A stretch of 64,000 bases of DNA from Syntrophorhabdaceae bacterium (GCA_963665295.1 OY762209.1:4640001-4704000), one strand, 5' to 3'. Shown: positions 1-10,011, counted from the first letter of the stretch. Numbers and translations are program-made. The notes: a model not told the origin generated them from the letters alone.

Positions 1-14
1 CGAAGGCCGGGCGC

Positions 15-866
15 TCAGTAAAACTCCTTTGATATATCTCCCAGGGCCTGCACGCTGAAGGGCTGTTTTACGAGGGCACTGCCCTTCAGCGCCGGCATCC
101 CGTCTTCAAAGCAGGGCCGGTCGTTTCTGTAGATCACGCCGAGAGGAATGCGGTCGCCGAATTCGAGGGCCCGTTCAAAGCTCCTGAGCCTGTCCCGGGG
201 GTTATAATCAGGTTCGATATGGTAACACCGGCTTCTGTACCACTCATATGTATTGACCTTGTTGAAGCTTACGCACGGCTGGAGGATATCCACCAGACTG
301 AAGCCTCTGTGGTTCATGGCCTCCATGATCAGTCCCTTCAGATGGTCTCCATCGCCTGCGAAAGCCCTGGCCACGAAGCTGCAGTCGAGGGCAACTGCGA
401 GAGCCACAGGATTCAGGGGCTCGGAAAGAACGCCGAAGGGTTGTATTTTCGAGATTGTTCCCGCTGCCGTGGTAGGCGACGCCTGCCCCTTCGTGAGTCC
501 GTATATCTGGTTGTCGTGGACAAAGAGCTTTATGTTTATATTCCTTCGGATCCCGTGAATGAAATGATTCCCTCCCTCGCCGTAACAGTCGCCGTCCCCC
601 GCGAAAGCGAGAACAGGCATTTCATGGTTGACCAGCCTCAGGCCCGTAGCCACGGGCAGGGAACGACCGTGCAGTCCGTTAAAGGCGTTGCACGACACGT
701 AATGAGGGAATTTGCCTGACTGGCCTATGCCCGACACAATGGTGAACTGATAGGGTTCGAGCCCGAGCTCCACCATAGCCTGCTTAAAGGCCTTCAAAAT
801 ACCAAAATTCCCACATCCCGGACACCATGCCGGCGCCCGTCCTTCAAAGTCTTCGAATCGAGCCAT
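15..866 (-). CDS. korB: 2-oxoacid:ferredoxin oxidoreductase, beta subunit
   Basis: WCPGCG, SGIGQS, HGR, GDGD and DNQIYGLTKGQASPT TPP-binding motifs; GGAGGG SD upstream of ATG at 866. Confidence 0.93.
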   Translation of the reverse strand: MARFEDFEGRAPAWCPGCGNFGILKAFKQAMVELGLEPYQFTIVSGIGQSGKFPHYVSCNAFNGLHGRSLPVATGLRLVNHEMPVLAFAGDGDCYGEGGNHFIHGIRRNINIKLFVHDNQIYGLTKGQASPTTAAGTISKIQPFGVLSEPLNPVALAVALDCSFVARAFAGDGDHLKGLIMEAMNHRGFSLVDILQPCVSFNKVNTYEWYRSRCYHIEPDYNPRDRLRSFERALEFGDRIPLGVIYRNDRPCFEDGMPALKGSALVKQPFSVQALGDISKEFY

Positions 867-905
867 CAACCCCTCCCGAATGGATTTGCCGAACCTCTCA
901 TATCA

Positions 906-2630
906 TCACTGCCTGCCGATTCTCTCTTTGATCTCGCCCACGAGGGTTTCGAGGGTAAAAGGGCGTCCGTCGAACCGGTTTATCCTGTCATGAAAAACGA
1001 AGCCTGTTTCTGCCCTCATGAGGGACGCGAACTTTCCAAGGGCGTTGTTTTCGATACAGATAGTCTTTCCCGCCCTGTTCAAAAGACCGAGATAATCGAA
1101 CCGGCCCGTTCCGGGGAAAGGGTAGATTTCGCTGAAATGCAGCATGGCAACCGCCGTTGTCTCCGCGAGGTCGTCAACCGCCTCTTTCATCACGCCGTAA
1201 GTCGACCCCCATCCCACCAGCACGACCTCAGGGGCGGCGTGCCCATAAAAAAGGGGCGGCGAAATTTCTTCCGTGATAAGGGGCAGCTTCCTAAGGAGCC
1301 TTTTTTCCATCATCCTGACCCTTGTCGCGGCGTCCTCTGTGATGTGACCTTCTTCGTCATGCTCATCGCTGTCCGTTACCACGAGGTGAGACGCCTCTCC
1401 CGGCACACCCAGGGGGGAAACTCCGCTATCCGTGAAGGCGTGTCTCTTGTAGGATTCAATGCTCCGGAAGGCATCGCCTCTCAACCGGTAATCAGTATAG
1501 ACAATCCTGGAGAGATCGAAGGAGTCGTATGTCCACTCGCTGTCCGCAAGATACTGGTCCGTAAGAATAAAAGCGGGTATCTGGTATTTCTCCGCAAGGT
1601 CGAAGGCCTTATTCGTGAGATAAAAGGCCTGTTCCGGGCTTCCCGGGGCGAAGATTACCCGCGGGAATTCCCCGTGGCCCGCGTGGAGCGTGAAGAGAAG
1701 GTCCGCTTGCTCGGTCCTCGTGGGAAGGCCCGTCGCAGGCGCCGGTCTCTGCGCCAATGCAATCACGAGAGGCGTCTCGGTTATGCCCGCAAGGGAAAGA
1801 CCTTCCACCATCAGGGCAAATCCTCCTCCCGAACTCCCTGTCATGGCCCGCACTCCTCCGAAGGAAGCGCCGAGGGCCATATTTATGGCCGCGATCTCAT
1901 CCTCCGCCTGCTCCACCACGATGCCGTGCTTCACGGCCTTTCCTGCCACAAAGTTGAGAATGCCCGTGGAAGGCGTCATGGGATATGCAGAGTAGAATTT
2001 CAGACCCGATGCCACCGCTCCCAGGCCTATGGCTTCATTGCCCGAGATAAGCATCTTCCCCCGCCCGGTACCTGCCATGGAAAAACCGCACCGCGTGCAC
2101 TCTTTCACTGCGTAACCGTATCCGGCCCGGGCCGAGTCCATGTTGGCGCGTACTACTTCGTCACCTTTTCTTTGGAGGGTGGCTTTCACCACATCGAAAA
2201 GCATCTCCGGCTTCAATCCCAACATGCCCATGACCGCGCCTGTGGCCACGATATTGGCCATAATCCTGTTGCGCCCGTATTTCAACGCAAGGTCGGCAAA
2301 AGGGATGTTGAGGAATTGCGGCCCATCGTAGGTTTCCTTGAGGGTAGCGGCATCATAGATCGCCACGCCACTCTCCGAAAGCTCCCCCGAATGAGCCTGG
2401 ACGCTCATTCTATCGAGGGCCACGAGAATATCGATAATATCCCGTGATGCCCCGAGGGGCCTGTCGGAGATGCGCATCTGAAGGAAGTTGTGCCCTCCCC
2501 TCACCCTGGATTCATAATCCTGGTGAACAAAGACATGAAAACCCGCCCTTGAAAACACCTTTCCAAGTACCGCGCCTATGGTGTCTATACCCTGCCCTGC
2601 TTCTCCACCCAGCTTTATTGAATAGTCCAG
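906..2630 (-). CDS. korA: 2-oxoacid:ferredoxin oxidoreductase, alpha subunit (gamma-alpha fusion); probable CTG start
   Basis: GNEAIGLG, YPMTPS, QAEDEIAA and TRTEQAD motifs. The frame extends upstream of 2558 to CTG-2630, reading (M)DYSIKLGGEAGQGIDT directly after AGGAGG. Confidence 0.92.
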   Translation of the reverse strand: MDYSIKLGGEAGQGIDTIGAVLGKVFSRAGFHVFVHQDYESRVRGGHNFLQMRISDRPLGASRDIIDILVALDRMSVQAHSGELSESGVAIYDAATLKETYDGPQFLNIPFADLALKYGRNRIMANIVATGAVMGMLGLKPEMLFDVVKATLQRKGDEVVRANMDSARAGYGYAVKECTRCGFSMAGTGRGKMLISGNEAIGLGAVASGLKFYSAYPMTPSTGILNFVAGKAVKHGIVVEQAEDEIAAINMALGASFGGVRAMTGSSGGGFALMVEGLSLAGITETPLVIALAQRPAPATGLPTRTEQADLLFTLHAGHGEFPRVIFAPGSPEQAFYLTNKAFDLAEKYQIPAFILTDQYLADSEWTYDSFDLSRIVYTDYRLRGDAFRSIESYKRHAFTDSGVSPLGVPGEASHLVVTDSDEHDEEGHITEDAATRVRMMEKRLLRKLPLITEEISPPLFYGHAAPEVVLVGWGSTYGVMKEAVDDLAETTAVAMLHFSEIYPFPGTGRFDYLGLLNRAGKTICIENNALGKFASLMRAETGFVFHDRINRFDGRPFTLETLVGEIKERIGRQ

Positions 2631-2755
2631 AAGGCCTCCTTTCGAGAAAGCGGAAGATGGGGCTCGTTATCGCCCTGTTAAAGGGTAATGTCTTTCGGCC
2701 CGATTTTCAACCCCTGCCGCGACAGCCGTGGTCGCCCCGCCGTTTTCGTATTCTA

Positions 2756-2784
2756 TTGACTTGGTTCGGCAACCAATATAGATT
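2756..2784 (+). promoter_or_regulatory. sigma70-type promoter of the queD operon
   Basis: TTGACT (2756-2761), 17 nt, TAGATT (2779-2784). Confidence 0.6.
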
Positions 2785-2790
2785 ATGGTT

Positions 2791-3159
2791 GTGTTTACCT
2801 TATGTGTAAAGGATTCATTTGCCGCTGCCCACAGGCTCGAAGAGTACCACGGGAAATGCGAAGCGCTCCATGGACACAATTTCCAGGTGGAGGCTTTCTT
2901 TTCCGGGGCCCATGTCGGCCCGGACGGAATGGTCATGGACTTCAAGACCCTCAAAGATTACCTGAAACAGGTGCTGGACCTTCTCGACCACAAATATCTG
3001 AACGAAATACCCTTTTTCAGCGAACGGGCAAGTTCCTCCGAGTACATTGCCATGTTCCTGTTCGAAGAGCTCAAAGGACTCACCCGCGAGACCACGGTCT
3101 CGGTGAAGGAAGTGCGGGTTTGGGAATCGGACAGGGCAGGTGTTGCCTACCATGAGTAG
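2791..3159 (+). CDS. queD: 6-carboxy-5,6,7,8-tetrahydropterin synthase
   Basis: FAAAHRL...KCEALHGHNF, DHKYLNE and VRVWES motifs. Start is GTG-2791 (MFTLCVK) or ATG-2785. Confidence 0.92.
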   Translation: MFTLCVKDSFAAAHRLEEYHGKCEALHGHNFQVEAFFSGAHVGPDGMVMDFKTLKDYLKQVLDLLDHKYLNEIPFFSERASSSEYIAMFLFEELKGLTRETTVSVKEVRVWESDRAGVAYHE

Positions 3160-3967
3160 AAAAATCAGAGCAGAAATGGTGGACGTACAAAACATGTACG
3201 ACTACAGAAAAATAGAGATCGATAAGGTCGGGGTGAAGGGCGTAAAGTATCCTATCGTGGTTCTCGACAAGGCTAACGGGTTTCAGCATACCGTGGCCAC
3301 CATCGACATGTACGTAAACCTCCCTCACAACTATAAAGGCACTCACATGAGCAGGTTCGTGGAAATACTTCATGAAAACCAGAGTATGATAAACATGAAG
3401 AACCTTCCGAACATCCTGCGGCAGATGAGAGAACGGTTGAACGCGGAGTCAACCCACCTTGAGGTAAGGTTTCCTTACTTTCTGAAAAAAGAAGCCCCTG
3501 TAAGCAAGACACCGAGCTACATGGAATACAAGTGCGGTTTTCTCGGGTCCATGGACAATTCAGGGACCATGAAGGAGTTTACTGTCACCGTCCTGGTGCC
3601 CATGAATACCCTCTGCCCCTGTTCAAAAGAGATCAGCGAACATGGCGCGCACAACCAGCGGGGTGTGGCGAGGGTAGATGTGCGGTTCAAAAAGTTCTTC
3701 TGGATAGAGGACCTCATTGCCACCGTGGAGGCATGTGCGAGCAGCGGCATCTATTCCATACTCAAGAGAGAGGACGAAAAATACGTAACGGAAAAGGCCT
3801 TCGAAAACCCGAAGTTCGTGGAGGACGTGGTGCGCGACATCGCGGAAGCCCTGTCGAAGGATCCTAATTTTACGTGGTTTGCCATCGAAGCCGAGAACTT
3901 TGAAAGCATTCACAACCACAGCGCATATGCATATCTAGAAAAAAAGAGAGAAGGAGGAACCTTATGA
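3152..3967 (+). CDS. folE2: GTP cyclohydrolase I type B
   Basis: KGTHMSRF, TLCPCSKEIS..GAHNQR, NPKFVED and ESIHNHSAYA motifs. Confidence 0.95.
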   Translation: MSRKIRAEMVDVQNMYDYRKIEIDKVGVKGVKYPIVVLDKANGFQHTVATIDMYVNLPHNYKGTHMSRFVEILHENQSMINMKNLPNILRQMRERLNAESTHLEVRFPYFLKKEAPVSKTPSYMEYKCGFLGSMDNSGTMKEFTVTVLVPMNTLCPCSKEISEHGAHNQRGVARVDVRFKKFFWIEDLIATVEACASSGIYSILKREDEKYVTEKAFENPKFVEDVVRDIAEALSKDPNFTWFAIEAENFESIHNHSAYAYLEKKREGGTL

Positions 3968-4446
3968 GAAAAATCGTCGTCGTCTGCTTTGCCCTGCTGC
4001 TCGCCGTGTCTGTCCTTGCCGGGTGCTCGACCTTTGGTGGATCAAGCGCGAAAGATGATTCCGCGAAAGCAAGAGGAGATCTCCCGAACCAGGTATTTTA
4101 CGGCTTCCCCGATATCCCCGTTCCCTCGGAGCTTACTTATTCCCCTAACAAAAGTTTTATCTACGAGACCCAGTCAATGAGGGTCGGCGTGCTCGTCCTC
4201 TCCGGCAACGTGGACCTCCAGTCTCTGGAGGATTATTTCAAGGTCAATATGGTAAAGAACGGCTGGAGATTTATAAACAGCTTCAAATTCAAGGGCGATG
4301 TAGCTTCCAACTATGCAAAGGATGACAAGACAGCCAACATAAAGATGAGCAGGGACTCCTTTTCCTCGCAAGTCGAGATATGGGTAGGTCCGGCTGCTTC
4401 TTTTGATAAGGGAAGTATGCAGAAGGGCAATGGACCGGCAAGATAA
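3964..4446 (+). CDS. hypothetical lipoprotein
   Basis: GAAGGAGG SD; basic N-terminus, hydrophobic stretch and LAGC lipobox; overlaps the folE2 stop. Confidence 0.8.
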   Translation: MRKIVVVCFALLLAVSVLAGCSTFGGSSAKDDSAKARGDLPNQVFYGFPDIPVPSELTYSPNKSFIYETQSMRVGVLVLSGNVDLQSLEDYFKVNMVKNGWRFINSFKFKGDVASNYAKDDKTANIKMSRDSFSSQVEIWVGPAASFDKGSMQKGNGPAR

Positions 4447-4693
4447 TCCGGATAGATGGGTAAGAATTCACACTTTCGAGAGCGTCTTCGAGATGGACAT
4501 AATCAAAGACGCTCTCGAAAGGGAGGATATTGACTATCGCATCAAGGAATACAGGGACACGGCGTACGACGGTCTCTTCATCCTGCAGAAAGGCTATGCA
4601 AGTCTTTCCGTCCCCGCGGAACACGAGGAAACAGCCAGGAAAATCATCAGTCAGATAAGGTCTCTCCCCTATGTGGTATATTCGAAGGATTGA
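4430..4693 (+). CDS. DUF2007-family (PII-like) small protein
   Basis: WVRIHTFESVFEMDIIKDALEREDI...LSVPAEHEETARKII pattern; overlaps both neighbouring genes. Confidence 0.7.
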   Translation: MDRQDNPDRWVRIHTFESVFEMDIIKDALEREDIDYRIKEYRDTAYDGLFILQKGYASLSVPAEHEETARKIISQIRSLPYVVYSKD

Positions 4694-5387
4694 TCCTCTG
4701 CAACCTCTGCAGCACGGGAAATATTTCTCTTTTACAGGGGCTGGAGGTAAATCCTCCCTCATCGAATGCATCGCCCGCAGGGCCGCCATGAGAGGCAAGA
4801 CCGTGGCAATAACCACTACGACCAAAATATACGCAAAGGAGCCTTACCTCCTTTTCGACAGGCCCGGTCCTGTGCCGCCGGGCAGCGTCATCCGTGTAGG
4901 AAAAACCCTTGAAGGAGAAAAACTGACGGGACTCACCTTTAATGACCTGCAATCACTGGGCGATACGGTTGATCTGGTCCTCATAGAGGCGGACGGGGCC
5001 AAACACTGCCCCCTGAAATACCCTGCCCCCCACGAACCGCTTATACCACCCTTTTCAGACATGGTCTTCGTAGTGGCCGGTCTCGACGGTCTTCACGGCA
5101 GGGTGGATGATCGCGTGTTCCGGTGGGAAATCTTCCGCAAAGAGGCCGGCATTCCGGGAGATGCGAACATTACGGAAGATGTATTTCTGCGCCTCTTCTC
5201 GGAAAAGGGTCTGCTGAAATGTGTGGACAGGCATAAATGCACCGTGGTCCTCAACAAATACGATATGCTGAAAGACAGACGGGAGACGGGCAGCCTCGCA
5301 AAGAAGATTATGGAACTCACGGGCTGCAGGGGGACAATCGTGTCGAGCGTCCTCCACGATGTGTTCTACATGGTGACGCGAAGCTGA
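4671..5387 (+). CDS. yqeC: selenium-dependent molybdenum hydroxylase accessory protein YqeC
   Basis: GAGGKSS P-loop, ITTTTKI and LIEADGAKHCPLKYPAPHEP motifs. Confidence 0.85.
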   Translation: MWYIRRIDPLQPLQHGKYFSFTGAGGKSSLIECIARRAAMRGKTVAITTTTKIYAKEPYLLFDRPGPVPPGSVIRVGKTLEGEKLTGLTFNDLQSLGDTVDLVLIEADGAKHCPLKYPAPHEPLIPPFSDMVFVVAGLDGLHGRVDDRVFRWEIFRKEAGIPGDANITEDVFLRLFSEKGLLKCVDRHKCTVVLNKYDMLKDRRETGSLAKKIMELTGCRGTIVSSVLHDVFYMVTRS

Positions 5388-5613
5388 CGGGAGCCTCAAG
5401 CCCCGCCGCCTTTTGAGCGCTCCATGTGCCGCCCCGCCCGCCACCCCACTCCACATCGCAAGGCTGTCCGCGAAGTTGTTCAAAAAGACGGTTTCTTCGG
5501 GGCCTCCTCCGAGCCCGCTTAAGGTCCCCTTCTTGACACCCCTCACCGGGGACATTAGCCTTATCTTAGATATGAGAATATCGGCCCGGGACACTCCGGA
5601 AAGGCGGCTCATC

Positions 5614-6420
5614 ATGAAACATGAAAGATTGAACAGGATATTCCTCCTGGTATCCGCAGTCTTCTTAGGCATGGTCGTCTGCCTCGCGGGCTCCGGCTGC
5701 GGTCTCACGAGGCAGTGCGTGACAGGTGAACCCCCCGTGGCCGAAAATCTTCCCGTACGTGAACTGGCTACCGTTGTCGTCTCAGACGAGTCCGCCAACC
5801 AGGAAGACGTGGAGAATCTGGTCCGGGAAGCCAACGAAGCCTTTTATGAGCAGACAGGGATACGTCTCGTGGTCAAAGACCGGCTCGTCGTCACGTGGCA
5901 GCACTCTTCCAGACACGGAACGCTTCAGGAACTCGTGGATAATATGAAGACATATGGGAAACCCTTCGATATCGCTATAGGTTTTTACGAAATGGGCCCC
6001 TTGGACCGGCTCGAATTCAACCTGGTGGGAGGCTGGGCAGGGGTCATTGACGATGTGTACCGGAGGTTCGTGGTAGTCCGAAGAGACAACCTCCATGCCC
6101 TCGTGCACGAGTTGGGACACATCTTTCTCTTTGACCACAAGCATACGGGCGGAGTAATGAGCGCATACACGGTATGCATGGTGGGCGATCATATATGCAA
6201 CAACTATTCGATATGCTTCTCCGAAGAGGACAGGAAGGAAATAGTCAGGAACAAATGGCGTGATTTTTCCGTAAAGCCGGAATTGTCGGAAAGGGAAGAT
6301 CTTATTGAAGGCTTCTCCTACAATAAAACCTGGCTCGGCCTTGTTCTCGACCTCTTCAAATGGCCTTTTACGCGCCCGGCAGATGATTCCCGCCGTAGCC
6401 CCAAAAGGCAGGCCCCATAG
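5614..6420 (+). CDS. exported zinc metalloprotease-like protein (HExxH)
   Basis: Signal or lipoprotein-like N-terminus; ALVHELGHIFLFDH zincin motif followed by a GGVM Met-turn. TTGACA-17-TAGCCT near 5533. Start is uncertain. Confidence 0.7.
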   Translation: MKHERLNRIFLLVSAVFLGMVVCLAGSGCGLTRQCVTGEPPVAENLPVRELATVVVSDESANQEDVENLVREANEAFYEQTGIRLVVKDRLVVTWQHSSRHGTLQELVDNMKTYGKPFDIAIGFYEMGPLDRLEFNLVGGWAGVIDDVYRRFVVVRRDNLHALVHELGHIFLFDHKHTGGVMSAYTVCMVGDHICNNYSICFSEEDRKEIVRNKWRDFSVKPELSEREDLIEGFSYNKTWLGLVLDLFKWPFTRPADDSRRSPKRQAP

Positions 6421-6492
6421 GACACGAGGGACCTTCTTCTCCTCCGAAGGCGATGATTCATGGAGCCTGCCCGCGTGAGGTTAATAAAATGC

Positions 6493-6520
6493 TTGACTTA
6501 ACCCCCTAAAATGGTTTAAT
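6493..6520 (+). promoter_or_regulatory. promoter of rplM-rpsI-argC
   Basis: TTGACT, 16 nt, TTTAAT with an upstream TG, in an AT-rich intergenic stretch. Confidence 0.5.
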
Positions 6521-6549
6521 TTAAACAAATTTTTTAAGGGTGACGACTA

Positions 6550-6978
6550 ATGAAAACCTATTTTCCAAAAGAAGAAGATATCGCAAAGAAAGATTGGTAC
6601 GTAGTGGACGCAGAGGGAGCGACCCTCGGAAGACTTGCCGCAAAGATAGCCGTGATTCTCAGGGGAAAGAATAAACCGACCTTCACCCCCCATGTGGATA
6701 TGGGCGACTTCATCGTAGTGATCAATGCGGACAAGGTAAAGCTTACGGGCAGAAAACTTGATCAGAAGACATATGAGAGATACAGCGGCTACCCGAGCGG
6801 ACTCAGGGTCATAAACGCACGCACCCTGCTCAGCAAGAAACCGGAAGACCTTATTATGTTCGCCGTCAGGGGAATGCTTCCCAAGAATATCCTCGGACGG
6901 AAACTGCTCAGCAAATTGAAGGTATACAAGGGAAGCGAACATCCGCACAAAGCCCAGATGCCGAAAGCATTAGCGTAA
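6550..6978 (+). CDS. rplM: 50S ribosomal protein L13
   Basis: [28 protein letters not shown] and HPHKAQ motifs. Confidence 0.99.
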   Translation: MKTYFPKEEDIAKKDWYVVDAEGATLGRLAAKIAVILRGKNKPTFTPHVDMGDFIVVINADKVKLTGRKLDQKTYERYSGYPSGLRVINARTLLSKKPEDLIMFAVRGMLPKNILGRKLLSKLKVYKGSEHPHKAQMPKALA

Positions 6979-6990
6979 AGGAGATAGAAG

Positions 6991-7383
6991 GTGCCTGATA
7001 AAAGATACTATGCAACGGGAAAAAGAAAGACTGCCGTCGCGCGAGTCTGGATAAAACAGGGTACAGGTAATTTTCTCATCAATGGCAAGACGATCGACCA
7101 GTACTTTCCTCTTGAGGAACTGAGGATCATGGTGAACAAGCCTTTTCTTCTCACCGGCCATCTTGCGAAATTCGATGTAGTAGCCAACATATACGGTGGA
7201 GGCATTCCCGCTCAGGCATGGGCATTAGGCCATGGAATCGCAAAGGCCCTTCTGGAATTCAACGCCAATCTGAGGGTCACTCTCAAGAAACAGGGGCTCA
7301 TCACAAGAGATCCCCGGTCCAAAGAGAGAAAGAAGTATGGTAAGAAAGGGGCAAGAGCAAGCTTCCAGTTCTCAAAGAGATAA
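6991..7383 (+). CDS. rpsI: 30S ribosomal protein S9
   Basis: ATGKRKTAVARV and TRDPRSKERKKYGKKGARASFQFSKR motifs; AAGGAG SD, GTG start. Confidence 0.99.
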   Translation: MPDKRYYATGKRKTAVARVWIKQGTGNFLINGKTIDQYFPLEELRIMVNKPFLLTGHLAKFDVVANIYGGGIPAQAWALGHGIAKALLEFNANLRVTLKKQGLITRDPRSKERKKYGKKGARASFQFSKR

Positions 7384-7389
7384 TCTCTT

Positions 7390-8412
7390 ATGTGGAATGT
7401 AGGTATTATAGGGGCCACTGGCTATACGGGGCTTATACTTATATCGACCCTGCTTTCCCATCCCCAGGTAAAAATTACACTAATTACGTCGAACACCTAT
7501 AAGGGCAGGAAGATCTCAGAGGTCTTCCCGCTCCTTAAAGGTATTTTTGAAGAGAGGCTTCAGCCGACAGACGAGTCGCACAGAGGCAAGTGTGACGTTT
7601 ACTTCCTTTGTCTCCCCCACGGAAAGTCAATGGAAACGGCAAAAGCCCTTTTTGACGACCGGGCGGTAATCATCGATTTAAGCGCTGATTTCCGGTTTGA
7701 GGACGTCGAAATCTATGAAGGCGCGTACATTCCCCACACCGCGCAGGAATTGGTGCCCCATCTGGTGTATGGTCTTCCCGAGCTCTATCGCGCAAAGATA
7801 GCACGGTCGAAGCTCATAGGGAATCCAGGATGCTATCCGACCTCGGCTATTCTTGCACTTTATCCCCTCTTGAAAGAGCATCTCCTCCATGGCGACCTCT
7901 TTATCGACTCAAAATCCGGAGTGAGCGGCGCGGGTCGGGAGGCCAAGCTGGGGAGTCTGTTCTGTGAAGTTTCGGAAGGGTTCAAGCCTTACGGGGTCGG
8001 CGTGCACCGCCATGAACCGGAGATACAGAAAGAAGTTCACAAGCACTCCCATATAAAGGTGGTATTCGTTCCTCACCTGCTCCCCATGAACAGGGGCATA
8101 CTGACCACCATATACGGAAGATTGAGAACGCCCGCAGCAACGAAGACAATCAAAGATTTGTACGCAGACACCTACAAGAATGAAACTTTCGTCCGCGTGC
8201 TGGACGAGGGATCGTATCCCGACACCCGGTTCACCCGCTACTCGAACTACTGTGACATAGGTCTGAAGACTTTTGAGGACGGAAGGGTAATCCTTATATC
8301 CGCCATAGATAACCTTGTCAAAGGAGCGTCCGGCCAGGCAATCCAGAATATGAACATCGCCCTCGGCATGGATGAAGGGACCTCCCTTATGAGAGTGCCT
8401 CAGTATCCCTGA
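7390..8412 (+). CDS. argC: N-acetyl-gamma-glutamyl-phosphate reductase
   Basis: GATGYTG, IDLSADFR, NPGCYPT, KSGVSGAG and DNLVKGASGQAIQNMN motifs. Confidence 0.97.
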   Translation: MWNVGIIGATGYTGLILISTLLSHPQVKITLITSNTYKGRKISEVFPLLKGIFEERLQPTDESHRGKCDVYFLCLPHGKSMETAKALFDDRAVIIDLSADFRFEDVEIYEGAYIPHTAQELVPHLVYGLPELYRAKIARSKLIGNPGCYPTSAILALYPLLKEHLLHGDLFIDSKSGVSGAGREAKLGSLFCEVSEGFKPYGVGVHRHEPEIQKEVHKHSHIKVVFVPHLLPMNRGILTTIYGRLRTPAATKTIKDLYADTYKNETFVRVLDEGSYPDTRFTRYSNYCDIGLKTFEDGRVILISAIDNLVKGASGQAIQNMNIALGMDEGTSLMRVPQYP

Positions 8413-8543
8413 TTCGTTTTTGTAAGGATCGGGCTCTACGAGCCTGCTCGGCATTGAACACTCTATGACGAACTCGGGACGCGGCACGGACCCGTGTAAA
8501 TCCACGGGAGAGTGAGCCTCTTGCTACCCATATCAATGCGAGG

Positions 8544-9023
8544 ATGAATCCCATGAGAACCACCGACAAAGCCGGTTTCACGAGGAGAGTCTATTTTGCT
8601 CTTGCCCTCTGCTGCTGCGTATCCATCCTCTTCGCGAGCGCGTGCAGCCACAAGACGTCGGCACGCAGGCATGGGCAGGGGAAACCGGTTTTCCTCAAGA
8701 ACGTGGAACCGGAACAGATTTTCGCCCTGATAAAGGAAAGCAAGGGCGATCCCAATTTCGTCATCCTCGATGTAAGGACCCCGGAGGAATTCGCACAAGG
8801 GCGTATCGACGGCGCCATCAACATCAACTATTACGCCGATGACTTCAAGGACAAACTTGCAGGTCTCGATAAAAACATGACGTACGTTGTGTACTGCAGG
8901 ACCGGGAGGAGAAGCGCGGAAACCTTCGAGATGTTGCGACGGGCCGGATTCACCGCAGTGTATCATATTTCGGGAGGGTTCGAGAGGTGGCTGGCGGACG
9001 ACCTCCCTATTCTCAGAAAGTAG
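8544..9023 (+). CDS. exported or lipoprotein rhodanese-domain sulfurtransferase
   Basis: ILDVRTPEEF..GRIDGAINI, YCRTGRRS and GGFERW motifs; signal peptide with a possible FASAC lipobox. Confidence 0.85.
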   Translation: MNPMRTTDKAGFTRRVYFALALCCCVSILFASACSHKTSARRHGQGKPVFLKNVEPEQIFALIKESKGDPNFVILDVRTPEEFAQGRIDGAININYYADDFKDKLAGLDKNMTYVVYCRTGRRSAETFEMLRRAGFTAVYHISGGFERWLADDLPILRK

Positions 9024-9126
9024 CTTTTACACAGGTCCTTCGAGTCCGCAAATATCGGTATCCTCCTTCCTCACATACGCTTCCGGCGCGCTCCTGCGCG
9101 GCAAAAGGGTTGAACGCCGTAAAGGG

Positions 9127-9795
9127 CTATGAATCCCGGCCGGGGCCCGCGATGTGAAGACCCACGAGACGGGCGACAAACACCGCCAGATACACCTGGC
9201 CGGTCATTGCTTCAAGGATCGAGGCTACTTTCGCCCCCTGACTCGTCGGTAGGATATCCCCGTAACCCAGCGTGGTCATCGTGGTGAAGCTGAAGTAAAA
9301 GAAGTCCGGAAGCCCGCCGACAGCGGCTCCATAAATGAATGACGCCCGGTCCAGGGCCCACATCAGGCTGTAGAGGGATTCCCACCATATCCCGATCAGG
9401 ATGTAAAGGGAAATGCTGCCCTTCACCGTATCCGCCGTCACCGACCTTTCACCAAAGACCACCTTCAGCATAAATACTATCGTAAGACCCATACAGACGA
9501 GGTAGGCGAGACTAGAGAGGACCAGGACGATACTCCGGTCGGGCATGGAAATGTACAGGTAGTCGAGGATAATGGCCAACCCCGCCACAAGGCAGCAGGC
9601 AACGAACAAGACCCTCCCCGCGCCCAGTATTCTCAGCATCGCAAGGATTATGATTACGAACAGCAACGACTGCCCTATAAATGACAGTATATCGCTATGG
9701 GTCACTGTCGGTGAGATCACAATCATCGCCACGAGGGCGGTGAGAAGGATGGAATACTTGTTCTCAATGACTTTCTGCCAGTGGGCCTTCTTCAT
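9127..9795 (-). CDS. potassium channel family membrane protein (Ion_trans_2)
   Basis: Several TM helices; YFSFTTMTTLGYGDILP selectivity filter. Start set at MKKAHW. Confidence 0.88.
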   Translation of the reverse strand: MKKAHWQKVIENKYSILLTALVAMIVISPTVTHSDILSFIGQSLLFVIIILAMLRILGAGRVLFVACCLVAGLAIILDYLYISMPDRSIVLVLSSLAYLVCMGLTIVFMLKVVFGERSVTADTVKGSISLYILIGIWWESLYSLMWALDRASFIYGAAVGGLPDFFYFSFTTMTTLGYGDILPTSQGAKVASILEAMTGQVYLAVFVARLVGLHIAGPGRDS

Positions 9796-9973
9796 CGCGT
9801 ACGCTCCCGGAAAGATTGACCTGCGAAGTAAGTTTAATATAGCAGGCTCATCCCGTCCACTACTAATTCCGGAAGACACGTCCGGTTGTCCTTCAGTCCC
9901 GTACTGCATCCCGTCATAACCCCCGAAGCGGACTTTCCACAGGCCATGGCGCCCCGCCCTCCCCTTTATTAGG

Positions 9974-10002
9974 TTGACTATTGGCGCGTTTTTTATTATG
10001 TT
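9974..10002 (+). promoter_or_regulatory. promoter of the ffh operon
   Basis: TTGACT (9974-9979), 17 nt, TATGTT (9997-10002), ending 9 nt before the ffh ATG. Confidence 0.6.
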
Positions 10003-10011
10003 ATTAGTTCT

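Noticed and set aside
2660..2790. Possible preQ1 riboswitch upstream of queD
   Set aside because: No preQ1 consensus is visible, and the predicted promoter leaves no 5' UTR.
9800..10011. Possible SRP RNA upstream of ffh
   Set aside because: No SRP domain IV signature (CAGG...GGAA...AGCAG) seen on either strand.
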